The notes under the pieces: generated by a model | The model's input: the letters and a program-made list of their open reading frames with translations, nothing else | Databases searched by the model: none | What the model was told of the DNA's origin: nothing | Part shown: in pieces, positions 63,824 through 64,000 of the stretch | How the letters are laid out: each line of letters begins with the position of its first letter | Position numbering within the stretch: the stretch's first letter is position 1 | DNA from: Gemmatimonadota bacterium | GTDB lineage: Bacteria; Gemmatimonadota; Gemmatimonadetes; Palauibacterales; Palauibacteraceae | Assembly (NCBI GenBank): GCA_965116475.1 | Contig: OZ220691.1 | Location: 704,001 to 768,000 of the forward strand | DNA: 64,000 bases | Direction of reading: 5' to 3' | Translations under genes and position numbers: made by a program

Positions 63824-64000
63824 CTATCTCAGCACGACGGTCGCGCCCCGGGACACCGCGCTCCCGGGCGCGGGGTTCTGTCCCGCGACCCGCCCCTGGC
63901 CGCGCCATTCCACGCGGAGGCCGAGCGCGTGCAGGCGCGCGGCGGCCGCCCGGGCGGACAGTCCCGCCAGGTCCGGCAGCGCGATGGCGCTTCTGCCGCT
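63824..64000 (-). CDS. ftsI: C-terminal PASTA domain of a penicillin-binding protein (partial, probably FtsI)
   Basis: Manual translation LPDLAGLSARAAAARLHALGLRVEWRGQGRVAGQNPAPGSAVSRGATVVLR*; directly upstream of murE. Confidence 0.8.
   Translation of the reverse strand, partial: SGRSAIALPDLAGLSARAAAARLHALGLRVEWRGQGRVAGQNPAPGSAVSRGATVVLR

Overview
GC-rich bacterial DNA; gene content and style suggest Gemmatimonadota (inference, not tested). The right part (about 42-64 kb) is housekeeping: a dcw cluster (ftsI C-terminus, murE, murF, mraY, murD, ftsW, murG, murC, murB, ftsQ, ftsA, ftsZ), then an M23 peptidase, ftsY, recG and asnS. A TRAP transporter, a class V aminotransferase and an FAD/Fe-S oxidoreductase occupy 30.9-38 kb. 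The left part holds tctCB, a truncated PIN toxin, two MBL-fold paralogues and NfeD-flotillin. The main interest is an all-minus-strand accessory island at about 9.1-30.9 kb, with satellite cassettes at 3.7-6 kb and 38-41.7 kb. It is built from four recurring parts: (i) about 12 secreted or lipoprotein 6-bladed beta-propellers; (ii) seven barrel-less TonB-plug proteins with a conserved ...RCGAVVVWTK C-terminus and a hypervariable loop; (iii) small secreted Cys-rich peptides, each directly upstream of a propeller and usually next to a thioredoxin-fold gene; (iv) an ECF sigma factor with a very large anti-sigma/TPR/redoxin-like fusion. A bipartite motif GTGACC-N17-GTCCATAC occurs 5 times exactly and once as a variant ahead of island genes and looks like the cognate ECF promoter. 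The island shows many scars of duplication, in-frame deletion, micro-inversion and IS decay. Start codons were chosen by eye; no database searches were run.
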